This document shows, piece after piece, positions 24,527-39,725 of a stretch of DNA of 64,000 nt (the stretch's first letter is position 1; every line of letters begins with the position of its first letter). Where the stretch lies: contig NC_043004.1 of NCBI RefSeq assembly GCF_006345805.1, positions 78,120,001 through 78,184,000 of the forward strand, read 5' to 3'. Both the position numbers and the translations under genes were made by a program. The stretch comes from Octopus sinensis (Eukaryota). A model generated the notes under the pieces. That model was not told the origin of the DNA. It saw only the letters and a program-made list of their open reading frames with translations, and searched no databases.

Positions 24527-27270
24527 CCCTCCTCATATCTCTGGAAATTCATATGTGCACTATGGATTAGGTCACCTTCTCTGTGATGCTATTAAAACTT
24601 TTTTTAAATTCTGTGATAAGACTGTACATCATCTTTAAAGAACTTTAATGAACTTTGGAAATCTGTTTATGTTACTTAATTATCTACATTACTTCATGAG
24701 TATAGCCTCAACCACTAGGATGTCTAGAGAACTCACATGTATTTTAGCTGATGAGTACGGGACACGTTTATATGCTGTAATTTTTGCAACATTTAATAAA
24801 GCCTGTCCTTGTATGAAACGATTGTACTAAAAACCTATCCATTCTTGTTGCTTCTTTCTCGCGTATATATATATATATATATATATATACAAGCAAGCAT
24901 ACACACATACAGACAAATACGCACAAACATACATGCATGCGTGTAAATGTATCCCAGTATCACACAAATGGCACCTGTGCCACTGGCAAGTAAAAGCTTC
25001 CTTCTATCATGCAAATGGCAACCGTGTCAGTGGCATGTAAAAGCACCCATTACACTCCTGGAGTGGTTGGCATTAGGAAAGGCATCCAGCCATAGAAAAC
25101 CATGCCAAATCAGATTGGATCCTGGTGTAGCCTTGCAGGGTGCCAGCCCAGTCAAACCAGCCAACCGATGGACAATGGACAATGGACATTAAGTGATGAG
25201 GATGATGATCACATACACACACACACAGTGGGTATGGCTGTGTGATTAAAGAATTAATTTCCCAACCACATGGATTTTGGTTCATTCCCTCTGACCAGCA
25301 CATTGGACATTTGATTCCTATAGCTCTGAGCTGATCAAAACCTTCTAAGTGGATGTTGTAGACAGAAAGTGAAAAAGGCCTGATGTATGCGTATATCTAT
25401 GTGTGTGTGTGTAGTTTGAAAATGAATAGCACTGACACACAAGGGCTATCATTCATTTCCGTATATATCGCTTTGCTGTGGAAGGATTCCAACCGTCCCT
25501 CAAGTGACTAAAGGTGAACTGACTCACTGTTATAATAAAATAAGGAAATGTGAGCGATTGGCAGTTTGGGTTGGCAAGCAGTTCACTATAAGCTGTCAAA
25601 TGAGTGTGGAGTCTTTTGTAATAGTAGTGCATCGTATAAATACTCCCCCCCCCCGCCCTCGTTTAATTATATTATATATCCAATACAAGGATGTAAAACA
25701 TGTTATGCTAAAAAGTAGTGAACTTTTGACCCATTTGTGTTCTTATTTTATACAAATGTAGATACAAACATGCATACATGCAAACGTATGCTCATACATA
25801 AACATACATATCGACAGAATTTCCAACTTGAGTAAACTTCACTGTTTTCCATCTGCCAAATTCACTCACAAGGCTTTGGTCAGCCCAAGGCTACAGTAGA
25901 AGACACTTTCCCAAGGTGCCACACACCAGTTTTATCCAAAAACCCTACTGCAAACCAAATGGAAATGGCAAACTGACATTCACCCACAATCAAATGCATT
26001 TATAAATTAGTTAAAGGTATCAGGAAACGAATTTCCAACTTTTAATTTAAAAAATGTAACTGATAATATAATAAGCTTTAGATGCTGGTGAGTTCAAAAA
26101 GATGATACACATAACACCAACAACAACAACAAAAATGACATACTATACGTGTCCGCCTTAATTCTTATGTATCATTAAATAAATCATAAAAGTCTTCTTT
26201 TATTTGTTTCAGTCATTTGACTGCAGCCATGCTGGAGCACCACCTTTAGTTGAACAAATCAACCCCCACTACTTATTCTATCGGTCATTTTGGCAGAACC
26301 GCTAAGTTATGGGAGCATAAACACACCAACATTGGTTGTCAAATGATGGTGGAGGGACACACACACACATATATACGACAGGCTTCTTTCAGTTTCTGTC
26401 TACCAAATCCACTCACATGGCTTTGGTCAGCTCAAGACCATAGTAGAAGACACTTGCCCAAGGTGCCACGCAGTGGGACTGAACCCGGAATTATGTGGTT
26501 GGTAAGCATATAGCAACTCCTGCACCTTTATTGATAAAGAAATATAGAAAATGTTTTGATAGGATTCACATTAAAACCAGCCACAACTTCACCATCAATC
26601 CAACTTTTCCTCATGATGCTAAGAGCAAAATTTTCATGTAGAAACCAACCACCCATCTATTTAAAATATCCTCAAAGCAGAAGCAGTATCTTACGAACTT
26701 ATAATATATGAAGTTATTATTATCTATCAACCTCATCCTTCTGAAATTAGAGACATCTAGAACTTACTTGAGTATAAAATCTGAGTCATTCAGTAAATGC
26801 AGACATTTTGAAAAACACCTATGTAATTTGAAACCTCCACTGCCACCACTTGAATGGAACTTACTGCATTCAACAAGAACCAGAGATAGACCCATGTTGC
26901 TGAACCTGTTTATATTTATATATTTTGTATATTAATTTTTAATTTTAAATATTTTCATTCTTAGTTTTGTTGGTTTTCTAGATAAAAAATAATTTCTTAA
27001 CCTTTTATAATTAAATAAAAGTATTTTTTAAAAGTTCATAGTACTCTTGTAAATTCATAACCATATAAAGTTATATTTTTCTATAGGCAATGGAATGGCA
27101 GAATTTGCAGTTTTCAATGTGGCCTGGAGGTGTCATTTTTGAATCTTTGTGGTTTGAGTTTGGTTCTGTCTCCTGTCACTGGCCTCATTGGATTTAGCAC
27201 TTTGAAGTTTTAAATAACTCTCCTCATTTTCTGTTTCTGTGTGTGCACATCTATGTATATATAAGTATTA

Positions 27271-27312
<42 letters not shown>

Positions 27313-27828
27313 TCTGACATGTATGGTATTAAATAACCATCATGGATGGTCTTACCAATCAGTTTTGCGTAAAGAATACAATGGAGTGTTAGGTAACAAA
27401 CTGATTATATAACATTATGCTCATCAGAGTTAGCCAATACACAAGGGAATATGACAACTGCTCTGTTCTACATATATATATAAATATATATATATATTTG
27501 TGCACACACATGCATATACATACATACATACATACATACATATGTAGTCAAAAAAATTCCCAGATTCTCATTTATCAAGAATAGAAAATTTAGGAGGGAT
27601 TTTTTTTGCCACACCTTACGTATGTATGTATATACACACATGTCTATGCACATGTCCATATACATATGTATACACATACATACAAATATATGTATGCGTG
27701 CGTGTGTACACACATGATTATAGAGCTGTGTCTGTGTACTTGTATTTGTAGGTATGTAGATATGTGCATGTGTATAAATGTGCATATTCCATGCATATAT
27801 GTAAGCTGGCATGTATTCGTATATATGC

Positions 27829-27870
<42 letters not shown>

Positions 27871-28312
27871 TGTGTGTGTGTAAGCTTTGATGATGTCAGT
27901 AAGGACTATACAGTACGGATATCTTAACATTAAGAATTGTGTATATATGCACGTGTATGTGTGTACATACTTGTACACACGTGTCTGTATGTACTTATGC
28001 ATATTTGTGTGTGTGCATGTGTGCATATGCATATCAAGAGTCTTAAAAAATATGTAACCATCAATAACAACCGCAATGACGAACATAGTCTAAAAATTGC
28101 ATAATAAATTTATGAGGCTCTAATTTCATTTTTATCTATTTCTACACAGTATGAAATTATGCCATTTCCCCTTCCCTGTGTATATATGTATGTGTGTACA
28201 GGGTGTCTGCGAAGATGTGTCTTTGCATTTATGTATATATATATATGAGTGTTTATATGCAAATATGTTTTTTGCACGCATGTGTGTCTGGTTATGCTAA
28301 TATATTTACAAA

Positions 28313-29685
28313 CGAGGTGGTATAAAAAAAGTTTCTGGACTAGTTATATTTCTATAAAAAATTTACCCAAATTTTAACAGCATTTCCTTCGAAATAGTCA
28401 CCTTGCACAGCAATACACCTGTCCCAGCACTGCTACCACTTTTGGAATCCGACCTGGAAGTTATTTTCCATAATTGTGTAGACGACCTTCTGCAATTTGC
28501 TCTTGATCTCAACAAAAGTTTTTAAAATGGTGACCTTTGAGCTGCATTTTCACCTTGGGGAAGAGATGGAAGTCCACAGGTGCTAAATCTGGCAAACAGG
28601 AGAGAAGTAATACCATGTTTTTGGCGAGACACTCACAAGTAAGAAGAGCTTAGTGAAGAATCTAATTCTTCATGCTCCACAGATCTGGTTGCTTTCACCA
28701 AATATCCTCCTTCAAACACTTAAAAATGTCACAGTAGAAATCTCGATTGATGGTCTGGCCCTGGTGGATGAATTCTTGATGCACAATACTGCAGATGTCA
28801 AAACAAAAAGGAAAGCAAGGAATGCCTAACTTCCCTGGCCATGGATACATTGAAACTCCGACGTCTGGCAGCTGACTTGGTAGACACCCATAAAATTATT
28901 AACCATCCTACAAACAATAACTCTGAGCACCTTTTCAAACTCCACCTGTTTAATACCCGTGGACATGTTTACAAAGTCAGAAAACAGCACAGCTCTCATG
29001 ACTTTCGGAAACATATTTCATGCTAAGAGTTGCTGAAGCATGGAACAAACTGCCAGCATCAGTTGTTAGTTGTCGGAGCACTGCATCCTTCAAAACTTCC
29101 ATGCTTCCCGAGATTCGCCAACACTACACCTTATTTTCTCCCCTCCATACACACGCAAGCATGTATCTGACTCATACACTGTTCACTTTCCAGACATTTG
29201 TACATTACTGCATATGCTTTATATGCACTTTTGACAAGTTGTGGTGCACCTGAGCACTGTATACAATGATTTCATTATATATATAAAAATGATGAGCTCA
29301 TGAGCTGCAGCTCTGTCATGCCTTCTTCAGTCGTAAAGATGAAGGGCTCTTCCATTGAAACAACTGCTGCTTCATCTCAGGGTCATACCTGTAGACCCAA
29401 CTCTCATCACCGATGATGTTAATTTTACAATAAGCTTCCCAGGTTTAAAGCAAAATTTCATGTTGCCTTTTTGTCCCAGCTTCCTGCCCATGACAAAATT
29501 GCAGACTACAACATACATGCAATGACAAAAACACAAATTTCACAACTTGGAAAATAAACACAGTGACTTCACTCAGCACCCTGCCTCATGAAGGTCACGG
29601 CTGGCTCTCATTGAGCACACAGCCATGTGCTGCCATCTGTTGGCACACTACAGAACTAGTTAGGGAATTATTTGATACCACCTCA
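28313..29685 (-). mobile_element. Internally deleted mariner-like element interrupted by a CR1 fragment
   Basis: Inverted termini CGAGGTGGTATAAAAAAAGTTTCTGGACTAG and CTAGTTAGGGAATTATTTGATACCACCTCA. The minus strand encodes GDESWVYRYDPE (~29390-29425) and CIAVQGDYFEG (~28385-28420). Confidence 0.8.
28825..29280 (+). mobile_element. CR1-type LINE 3' end
   Basis: LKLRRLAADLVDTHKIIN..TRGHVYKVRK then LRVAEAWNKLPASVVSCRSTASFK, the typical CR1 ORF2 C-terminus, followed by a 3' UTR. Confidence 0.85.
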
Positions 29686-29961
29686 TATATGTACGTTTGT
29701 ATGTGTTCATGTCACTATGTTCACATATGTCTACATGTACATCTGTATATATGCATATGGATAAATTTATACATATAGATGTGCGTGTGCCTGCATATGT
29801 GTGTGTATGTGTGTTTATATATATATATATATATAAATATACATACACACACACAGACATGTATGTATATATGTGTACATATATAGAGAGAAATGTATGT
29901 ATACAAGTACAGTTATATATATATATATATATATATGAGAGTGGGACATGTATATGTGTGA

Positions 29962-30006
<45 letters not shown>

Positions 30007-31210
30007 GCCACTGACAAAAGTGACACCACTTAAAAGAAAAGTGTTATAGGAATAGACACCTCAAGAGATCTTGATAAAAACCAGCCATGCCATGCCATGC
30101 TAGTGTTCTGGTACCAGAATGAATTCTGCTAACAGTACCCAGTGTTAAGGGGAAGTCTTAAAGCAGACAACATGTGATGCCAAAAAGACAAAACGGAGGG
30201 TATTTTATTGCTATTCAGACCCAGAGAGGTTAATATACAAGACTCAGAGCTTACTCGAAATGCAGAAAGATAGGTCTCATCACTGATTCTCTTTCCTTTA
30301 CATCCACCACTTTTGTTAACTCCTATGACCAGATGCCCTTCCAAACGCCAATCCTTTTGCATATTAAAGAATTTTGGTCTAAATGTTTAAGAACTTACTA
30401 ACAGGAACAGCTGTGTGGTAAGAAGCTTCATCTCCAACCACATGGTTTCAGGTTCCTTTCCACTGTGTGGTAGTTTGGGTAAGTGTCTTCTACTATGGCC
30501 CTGGGGTAAGCAAGGCTTTGTGAATGGATTTAGAATAGGGAAACTGAAAGAAGCCCATCATGCATGTGTGTGTGTGTGTTCATGTGTCCTTGCCTTGATA
30601 TCGCATGGATATCTGGAAGCAAGTATCATCACCAGGAAAGTGGTACCCTTCATTTCTAATCTTCTGAGACAGGTCTGGCCATGGAGGCAGTGGGGATATT
30701 GCCTTGTTTGGAAACAAGTGAGGGTTTGCAACAGGAAGAGTATCCAGCAATATAGAAAATCCACTTTGACAAATTTTGGCTGACCCATGTGAACATGGAT
30801 GCTAAACAATGACAGGGATGACAAAGAATTAATTCTGAATTTTGCCAAATGTCTTATCACTTGTTAAAGATTAGATTCTGTTGGGTTATTGAAAAATCTC
30901 TAAGATATGAAAGCGAAATCGAAATAGATCAAAAATCAATGGAAATTGTAGTTGTGATACCAGTGCTGGTGGCACGTAAAAGAACCATCCGAACGTGGCC
31001 GTTGCCAGCGCCGCCTCGACTGGCCTCCGTGCCGGTGGCACGTAAAAAGCACCAACTACACTCAAGGAGTGGTTGGCATTAGGAAGGGCATCCAGCTGTA
31101 GAAACACTGCCACATCGGACTGGGTCGAAACCCATGCTAGCATGGAAAGCGGACGTTAAACGAAGATGATGATATCACACAGAAAAGGGTCTCAATGAAC
31201 TGAAAAGACT

Positions 31211-31584
31211 ATTTACATTGGACAGATATGCATCCTCATCTTGTTTGTTGTTACCACATTTCGGCTGATTTACTCTCCAGCCATCATCAGGTGTCCAGGT
31301 GGAATATGCCCACGGGCATATAGCACAGTGGTTAAGAATGTAGGCTACTAACCCCAAGATTCCAAGTTCAATTCCAGGCAATACCTTGAATAAATAATGA
31401 TAGTAATAACATCAGCAAAAAAATACCTTAGCAAAGAGAACCCAGGGTTGGGTTCAAAACTCAACCAGGACACCTGATGAAGCCGAAACGTTATGGTAAC
31501 AACAAACAAGATGAGGACACATATCCATCAAATGTAAATAAAGTAAATAATGTACAGAATTCTTCATCAATATAGAATAAACTG
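31211..31584. mobile_element. Second head-to-head inverted pair of the tRNA/hammerhead SINE
   Basis: Internally deleted minus copy 31211-31311 and plus copy 31314-31584, meeting at ATATGCCC-AC-GGGCATAT. Confidence 0.8.
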
Positions 31585-34500
31585 AAAAGAGTTAAGAGGA
31601 CCAAGTCCTGTAAATGCCATGGAACTGAAATGAATCACTAAAAGCATTTTCCATTAAAAATCAACTGAGACATTAATATTGGTGATAAAATTTTATTTCT
31701 AATTCTAACCCTATTGATAAAGCTAGCAATATGACTTCAAACTAAAGAACTGGTGCGTCTAGATCAGATGGGAAGTTTTCCAAGACAAATGTAATCAATA
31801 ACATTACTATTAATGGCTAAAGTGTAACCAACCGTTTTATGGTGCAAAAAGTAATTATTATTTTCAAACTGGAAGGGAAAAAGAGAAAATGCGAGTGGTG
31901 CAAATGTAGGATTGACAAATTGTGGGAGTTGAGAGGATAAGGCCAGGTAAGGAAGATAGAAAACAAGTGAAACAGGAGGAAGAAGGAATAGAGAAAAGAG
32001 AGAATCCTGCTTCTATCTCACAGAAAAATTTACCGATGAGAAATGAGGGGGAGAAAATATTAAAGAAAGAAAAGGGGAGAGAAAGAGGAAGAAAGAAAAG
32101 AACAGACAGAAGCTGACAGTTGGACAAAGATAGATCAGGTAAAAGAAAAAAGAAATATATATAACGAATAAATAAATTAATTATAGAGGAGAGAAGTTAA
32201 ATTGGAATAAAATTTTTAAAAAGTAAACAATAAAAATTAGAAAGAAATAAAGATAAACATTATTATGGCATGGGGGGGGGTGAAAAGATTAAGTCAAATA
32301 AGTGGTGGTGGTGGGGGGGGGGGAATAAGACATTCATTATTGTTGTTTTAACAACCAGTTTTCCATACCTGCATGGGTCAGAGGGAAATTTGTTGAGGCA
32401 GATTTTTTATGGATGGGAGCCTTTCCTATCACCAACACTCACCGGTTTCCAAGCAAGGTAATATTTTCCCCATAGTTAAACAGAAGAAAGGAAATAAACA
32501 ACCCCACTTGTATGACAGTGACACTCATTTACAACTATCACAATGTGAAGACAAGAGGGAAAACAAACACACACATGCATGCATGTGTGTGTGTACATTT
32601 TATTGTTTTCTTTTTCTTTTATTTGTTTCAGTCATTTGACTGCAGCCATGCTGGAGCACCGCCTTTAGTCAAACAAATCGACCCCAGGACTTATTCTTAG
32701 TAAGCCTAGTATTTATTTTATCAGTCTCTTTTGCTGAACCGTTAAGTTACAGGGCCGTAAACACACTAGCATCAGTTGTCAAATGATGGTGGAGGGACAA
32801 ACACAGACACACAAATATATATATATATATGATAGGCTTCTTTCAGTTTCCGTCTACCAAATCCACTAACAAAGCTTTGGTCAGCTTGAGGCTATGGTAG
32901 CAGACACTTGCCCAAGGTTCCACACAGTGGAACTGAACTAGGAACCAAGTGGTTAGTAAGCAAGCTTCTTACCACACAGCCATGCCTGCACCTATATATA
33001 TATATAAAACACACACATACATACACACAAGAAGCTTCATCCAGTTTCCGTCTTCCAAATCTATCCACAATGCTTTGGTCAGCCCAGGGCTATAATAGCA
33101 GACACTTGCCCAATGTGCTGCACAATGGGACTGAACCAGAAATCCCATGACTCAGAAGCAAGCTTCTCAACCACAGAGCCAAGCCGGCCCCACAACATTG
33201 AATAACAATAATAAGAATTAAAAGGAAAATTGATAAAAAAAGCTAAGGGGATAAGGTTTAAAGAGATGAAAAGAAAGAACATGAATTTAAGAGAGAGAGA
33301 GAGAGAGAAACAAGGATGTTTAAGAGGAATGGAAGATGAAACCAATGGCATAAAATGATGGAAGAGAGAAAAAGCTGAGAGTAACTAAAAATAAAAAAAT
33401 GAGAAGGATTTGAGAAAAGGTTGCCTGAAGAAACCAAGCAGTGATTGTAACAAATAACTTGCTCAGCTGTTTGTTATTCTTCAAGCACAAAAAATAAAAA
33501 GGAAAAAAGAAAAAAAAAAAGATTTAAGTGCCAAACAATCTTTTCAAAGAACATTCAGTCCTTAACATGCAGTAAGTGCAGAATGATGCATGTCTTTTAG
33601 AAATGATTCTAAAATAACATGAGAAAATATAATAAAAATTTTATAATATACAAAGTGCCGAAGAATATGGTACAATCCAAAGTACAAAGGATTCGTTTAA
33701 CACAAAACATTTCAGAAAGTGATTCTGACTTTGTTCAAAAGCAATTGAATGTTGCAGAGAAATAGTTTGTTATATTTTGAGGCAATAAATGAACTAAGAA
33801 TTTACCATAATTAAAGGAATAATGTTCTTTTGAAAGTTAGGTAAAGAAAATTCCAGAAACAATATATTTTTTCACAAAAGACAGTTGAATATTTCATTTG
33901 TAAGTTTCCCCAATAGAATGCAAGTTAAACATACGCACATTGTTGCTGTGTAACTTCAGAACATGTCTATAACTCTGATTGTTCATGCTGTGCCACAAAG
34001 GTGCATGACCCAGTGGTTAAGGTGCTGCACTCATGATGGCAAGATTGAGATTTCTATTCCTGGACTAGGTAGGTCATTGTGTTCTTGAGCAAACCACTTC
34101 ACTTCACATTGCTTCAGCTGTAAATGAGTGACCCTGAGACAGACTGGAATCCCATTCAGGGTGTGTGGATGGGTGGGGTATTTTGTGATACCAATCACTT
34201 TAAACCCCACAGAAACAGGGTAACTGACCCTCTGAATCCTAGGGCTTGAGACAGTGATATCCAGATACTGACTTACGGCACCAATATGATTTAAAATAGA
34301 TAAATTACATATCAATAAGTGACCCTCTATGTAGTTGCTTGACCAACTAGAAATAGCAGCCAAGTCTCCCAAATCTCACATTGAAAAATGCAGTCTTATG
34401 AGGGGTAGGGTTAACCCTAACTCTTACAAAGTCAGGATGGTCTCAGCTGGAATGTTTTTGATCATGGGTCAGCCTAGGGTTAATCATTATTGTTACAGAA

Positions 34501-35378
34501 TCTGAACTACACATTTTAAACAATTAGGTGCAGGTATGGCTGTGGGGTAAAGAAGTTTGCTCCCCAACCACATGGTTCAGTCCCGCCTCATGCCTCCTTG
34601 AATCCAGTGTGTGTGTGTGTGTGTGTGTTTCTTTGTCTTGACATCACATAATAGTTGTAAATGAGTGTCACTGTCATACAAGCAGTGTTGTTTGTTTCCA
34701 ATATTCTATGTAAACATGTCCAATAATGGACAAATATTACCTTTGATTGGAAACAGGTAATGGTTGGCAACAGGAAAGGAATCTGCCATAGAAAACTTGC
34801 CTCAACAAATTCCATCCAATTCATGAAAGCTTTGGAAAAGTGGGTGCTTGCCAGTTCTGGTCAAACTGTCCAACCCAGACCAACATGGACAACACATGTT
34901 AAATGATGATGATTATAAATATAGGATCTTTTTTTTTATCCATCATAAACGTGCTGTATTTTAACAGAGAAGATATAGGAAGTTTGATAAACTCCCCTGA
35001 AGACATTATTAATGGGATATGTGAAGTGAAACCACATAATCAGGGAGGAACTGAAGTCCCATTTTAGTATGTCTACCAAGAGCTTTCCTCTGGCTCTACA
35101 TTACCTGCCACCTTTATACAATAAATATCAATTATTGACTGTTTTAATTACTAGGTCGATCTAATTACTAGAAGAGATGCAGCTGTCTAACTTAATTAAG
35201 TGGCAACCTTCCAGTTGATTGTCTAAATTTTATCTCTGACTCTCGCTGACCTCGAAATAAGTGTAGGCTAACAGAATGTAATGAGCTAAACAGAATTTTC
35301 TAATCAAACTCATAATCAGAAAACACAAATTTGATAATCTTAATAACAATTCTTTTCAAAATGGAAAGGGGAGAGTAC

Positions 35379-35422
<44 letters not shown>

Positions 35423-35928
35423 TGTGTAATTGCTAGTATAGCTTTTAAATTTTGGTACAAGACCAGCAATTTTGGGAGAGTAGTAAGTCAATTATATTGA
35501 CCCCAGTATGCAACTGGTATTTATTTTATTGACCCCAAAAGGATGAAAGGTAAAGTTGACCTCGGCAGAATTTGAACTCAGAATATGAAGATGGGCAAAA
35601 TGTGGCTAAGCATGTCACCCGGTGTGCTAACGATTCTGCCATCTTCAATAATTGCTAATATCAAAAAGTGAGAATGAGTGCACAATGCCATATCGGTGGA
35701 GAAATATTCTTTTATTTGTGGGTTAACAAGGCTGTCAATGGTTTGATAACAAGGGTATCAATTGTTGAGAAATTTCAACAATTACCAAACCTGCCAAATG
35801 GGAATGGTACTCATCACCATCTTGGAGTACCAACATTCCCAAGTGGTAGACTAAATAGAGATTTCTCCCAACATAAAACAACTGGTAGTCTTGTTAACTC
35901 ATAAATTAAGTATATATATATATATATA

Positions 35929-37133
35929 CTGAGTTGTTCCATAGATAATGTGTTTTTTTTTTTATACTCTCCATTTTCTACAATGCTCTTCCATCCATCT
36001 GCTGGACTTGCAAGGACCCTCTTCCAAATTCACTTGTCCATGACAAAAAATATTCCTCCAGTACTGTTCTGACCTCGTCTTCAGAATTCATATTTTTTCC
36101 ATCCAAATGATTTGAAGACTGCAGAATAAATGATAATCAGTTGGTGCAATGTCTGGCAAATATCGTGGCTGGGGCATCGTTTCCCATTCAAACTGCTTCA
36201 GCCTTTGGAATGTCATCCTTGCTGTATGAGGCTGAACATTATCCTGATGGAAGAACACCTTTTGTCTTGAAACCAAAGATGGTCAGTTTTCTTCTAGCAC
36301 TGACTTAAGCCACTCAAACTGCTCACAGCAGATCTCCTTTGTTATTGTTTGGTTTGGGTTTAAAAGTTCAAAGTGGACTAAACCTTTCATATCCCACCAA
36401 ACAGATAAGAGCCCCTTACGTGGGTGAAGACTTTCTTTAGCCTGGACTGCCAATGTTTCTCCTTTCCCTACCCACTGTCTTCAGCACTCAATATTTTTAT
36501 AGAGAACCCATTTCTTGTTAGCAGTCCAAAAACAGATTCATTCATGAGATGTGACAGCAAAGAAGAGCACACATTAACGCTCTGCACATGATTAGACTCG
36601 CAAAGTTTCTGAGGAACGTACTGACCCGATTTGCTGACTTTGTTGATGAATGGTTGAATGACCAAACCCAAGCTTCTCTACGAGTTCCTCAACAGTTATG
36701 ATGAGATTTTATTCCACCAGGGTTTGCAGGACGTCCTCATTGAGCTCTACAGATCTTTCAGGATGAGGCTCGTCTTCTAGGCTGTAGTTTCTGGCTCGGA
36801 ATTTCTGGAACCACTGTTGACACTGGCTTATGCTTATTGTCTGATCCCCAAATACTGCATTAATATTCCTCGCACTTTCCACTGTGTTGTTGCCTTTATT
36901 GAACTCATAAAGAAAAATATGCTGAATATGCTCCTTTGTCACTTCCATTATGGCTTTGAAAAAATAACTTTTAAAATCAGACTGCATTCTTCAAAATATG
37001 TACTAAGAATAAGGGCAAGGTAAAATTATTACCAGCTTTCATAATAAGTTGATACAGGTAGTTTATCCCATCCCCCTCCAACTTTTAGTTCATGCAATTT
37101 CAAAATAACCACATTATTTATAGGATGACTAAA
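35929..37133 (-). mobile_element. Mariner-type DNA transposon relic with degenerate TIRs
   Basis: Minus-strand ORF pieces MEVTKEHIQHIFLYEFNKGN..WFQKF..LEDEPH, GQYVPQKL (WVPHEL-like) and FFHQDNVQPH..PRYLPDIAPTDYHLF (YSPDLAP-like). Termini CTGAGTTGTTCCATAGATAATGTG (35929-35952) and the inverse-related CACATTATTTATAGGATGACTAAA (37110-37133), both flanked by (TA)n. Confidence 0.9.
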
Positions 37134-37154
37134 TATATATATATTATATATATA

Positions 37155-37193
<39 letters not shown>

Positions 37194-38924
37194 CCTCTCT
37201 CTCTCTTTGGGAGAGGCACAAGCACCTACACGCACATATGCACACACGGCAGTAACTTCCACCTACCGAATTCAATCACAAAGCTCCGGTCAGCTCGGGG
37301 CTATAGTGAAAGACACCTACCCAAAGTGCCACGTAGTGGGACTGAACCCGAAACCATGTAGCTAGAAAGCAAGCTCCCTAACCACACAGCCATGCCCATA
37401 TAATCATCAGCATCGTTTAACGTCTGCTTTCCATGCTAGCATGGGTTGGACGATTTTGACTGAGGGCTGGTGAACCAGACAGCCACATCAGGTTCCAATC
37501 TTGATCTGGCAGAGTTTCAACAGCTGGATGCCCTTCCTAACACCAACCACTCTGAGAGTGTAGTGGGTGCTTTTTACATGCCACCGGCATGGGTATATAT
37601 ATATATATATCATCCTCATTTTTAACATCCACTTTTCCAAGCTTGCATAGGTCTGATGGAATTCATTGAGAAAGATTTGTCTATAACCTGATGCTCTTCC
37701 TGTCATCAGTCCTCACCAATTTCCAGGCAAGGTATTAGTTCTCTGTAGCCAAATTTTTGCAATCTAGTCTACTGGGCAGCCCTGCTTCACAGTATCTTGC
37801 ACAGTACATGTGGAAGAGAGAGACCCAAAAGACAGGAGACAAAGAAGTGAAAGATGACCTCAGGATGCTGAACCTTTCAAATGAGATGCCCGAGATACCT
37901 GGCACCTTGCTGTACTCAAGAAGGCCTGTACTCAAGAAGGCCTGTCCTCCACAGCAGAAGAGTAAAGGCTGGTCACCCTGGTGAAGAGGATTGGCCTCTA
38001 AGAGCCCTGTGCTGGTGCCATATAAATCAGCTCATACCAGTGCCACTTTAAAAGCACCCAACACACTCTGTAAAGTGGTTGGCATTAGGAAGGGCATCCA
38101 GCTGTAGAAACTATGTGAAATCAGACTGTACCCTGATGTAGCTCTCCAGCTCTGCTCAAACCACCCAACTCATACCAGCATGGAAAACAGTCATTAAAGG
38201 ATGATGATAATGATGATGATGATGATGATGATAATAATAATAATAATGATAAAATACATTAATATAAATGTATTTCATTTTATTTATTTTTTAAGTCAAT
38301 TTCGTATTTGCTTAATTTAAAAGTGACCTTCCTTGGCTTGGAAAGATCAGTAATCCTGAAAGATATCAGAGCCAAAGGCTCCTGAAAATTGATGTTGTAC
38401 CTGTGTGTACATGTGTACATTTATATAAAAAAGATTAGTCTCAAAGCTTAAAGTTAATTAACCACATGTTAACTACCCTTCAAATAATATCACACAGATT
38501 ACATGCAGCTGTATACTTAATAGTAATTAAACAGCAGGTAAAATTGCGAGCATATACTTTTAATTGCCGCACCTTAGATGATTAAAATAATTAATCTGAA
38601 ATCGAAATGCTTAAAAGAAGAGTTCCATAACCAAAAGCCAATACATTATGGCAAATATTAAATGGATCAAACATGAGACTTTAACAAAAGAGAAGAACAA
38701 AATTATGTAACAGTTTGAAATTTGAAAATGCATTTAGTGTTGTGATCATAAGAATAACATTTAAAAAAGAAGAATATGGAGAAGAATGGCTACATGGTTC
38801 ATGCTAGGAACCACATGTCTAAACCATTAATAGGATAAGTTAACAATAAATCGATAAAGATCTATTTCAGTAAATCATTAATATATTAATGGGTTTTTCT
38901 CTTCTTTCACACGTATACATACAT

Positions 38925-39425
38925 ATATTCATATGTACACACACACACACATGTATACATATTCATGTACACATATTCATACACACATTCATGTACACAT
39001 ACACACATTCATGTACACACACTCATGTAGACATATTTATGTACACACATTCATACACACATTCATACACACATACACATTCATATACACACACACACAT
39101 GTCCACACATTCATGTACACATACACATTCATATACACACACACACACACACACATGTCCACACATTCATGTACACATACACATTCATATACACACACAC
39201 ACATTCATACACACACATGTACACATATTCATGTACACACACATTCATGTACATACATTCATGTACACACATTCATGCACACACACATTCATATACACAT
39301 ACATACATGTACACACATTCATATACACACATATTCATATACACACACACACACATTCATATACACATACACATTCATATACACATACACATTTATGTAC
39401 ACACACATACATGTACACACACGTG
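38925..39425. repeat. Degenerate (CA/TA)-based minisatellite (CACATTCATGTACA-like units)
   Basis: Tandem units visible; source of the His/Thr-rich ORF artefacts. Confidence 0.9.
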
Positions 39426-39725
39426 TATATATTAGTTGTTAGTGAGTTCTTTTGTATTTTAGTTGAAAAGAGGTAAAATTATATAAAAATAGAGTCAATA
39501 ATTTGCTGATAAAATAGTCTCAAAATAATCAATAACTCTTGGGAGTTCTTCCGCAAAAATCAGCCAGATAGATATCAATGATAAAGATATCACCAATGTA
39601 CAGAGATCACCAATTTTCTGATCACTGAAGTTGAACAGGTCAGAAGAGGGAAAACAACAAAAAATTTGTTACAATATTTTTTTTGTTTTCCATTAAGATA
39701 TTCTCGTTATTAGTAATAACATCAT

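Noticed and set aside
38889-39476. Long His/Thr-rich ORFs (195 and 169 aa)
   Set aside because: Translation of a CA/TA minisatellite that is open in several frames.
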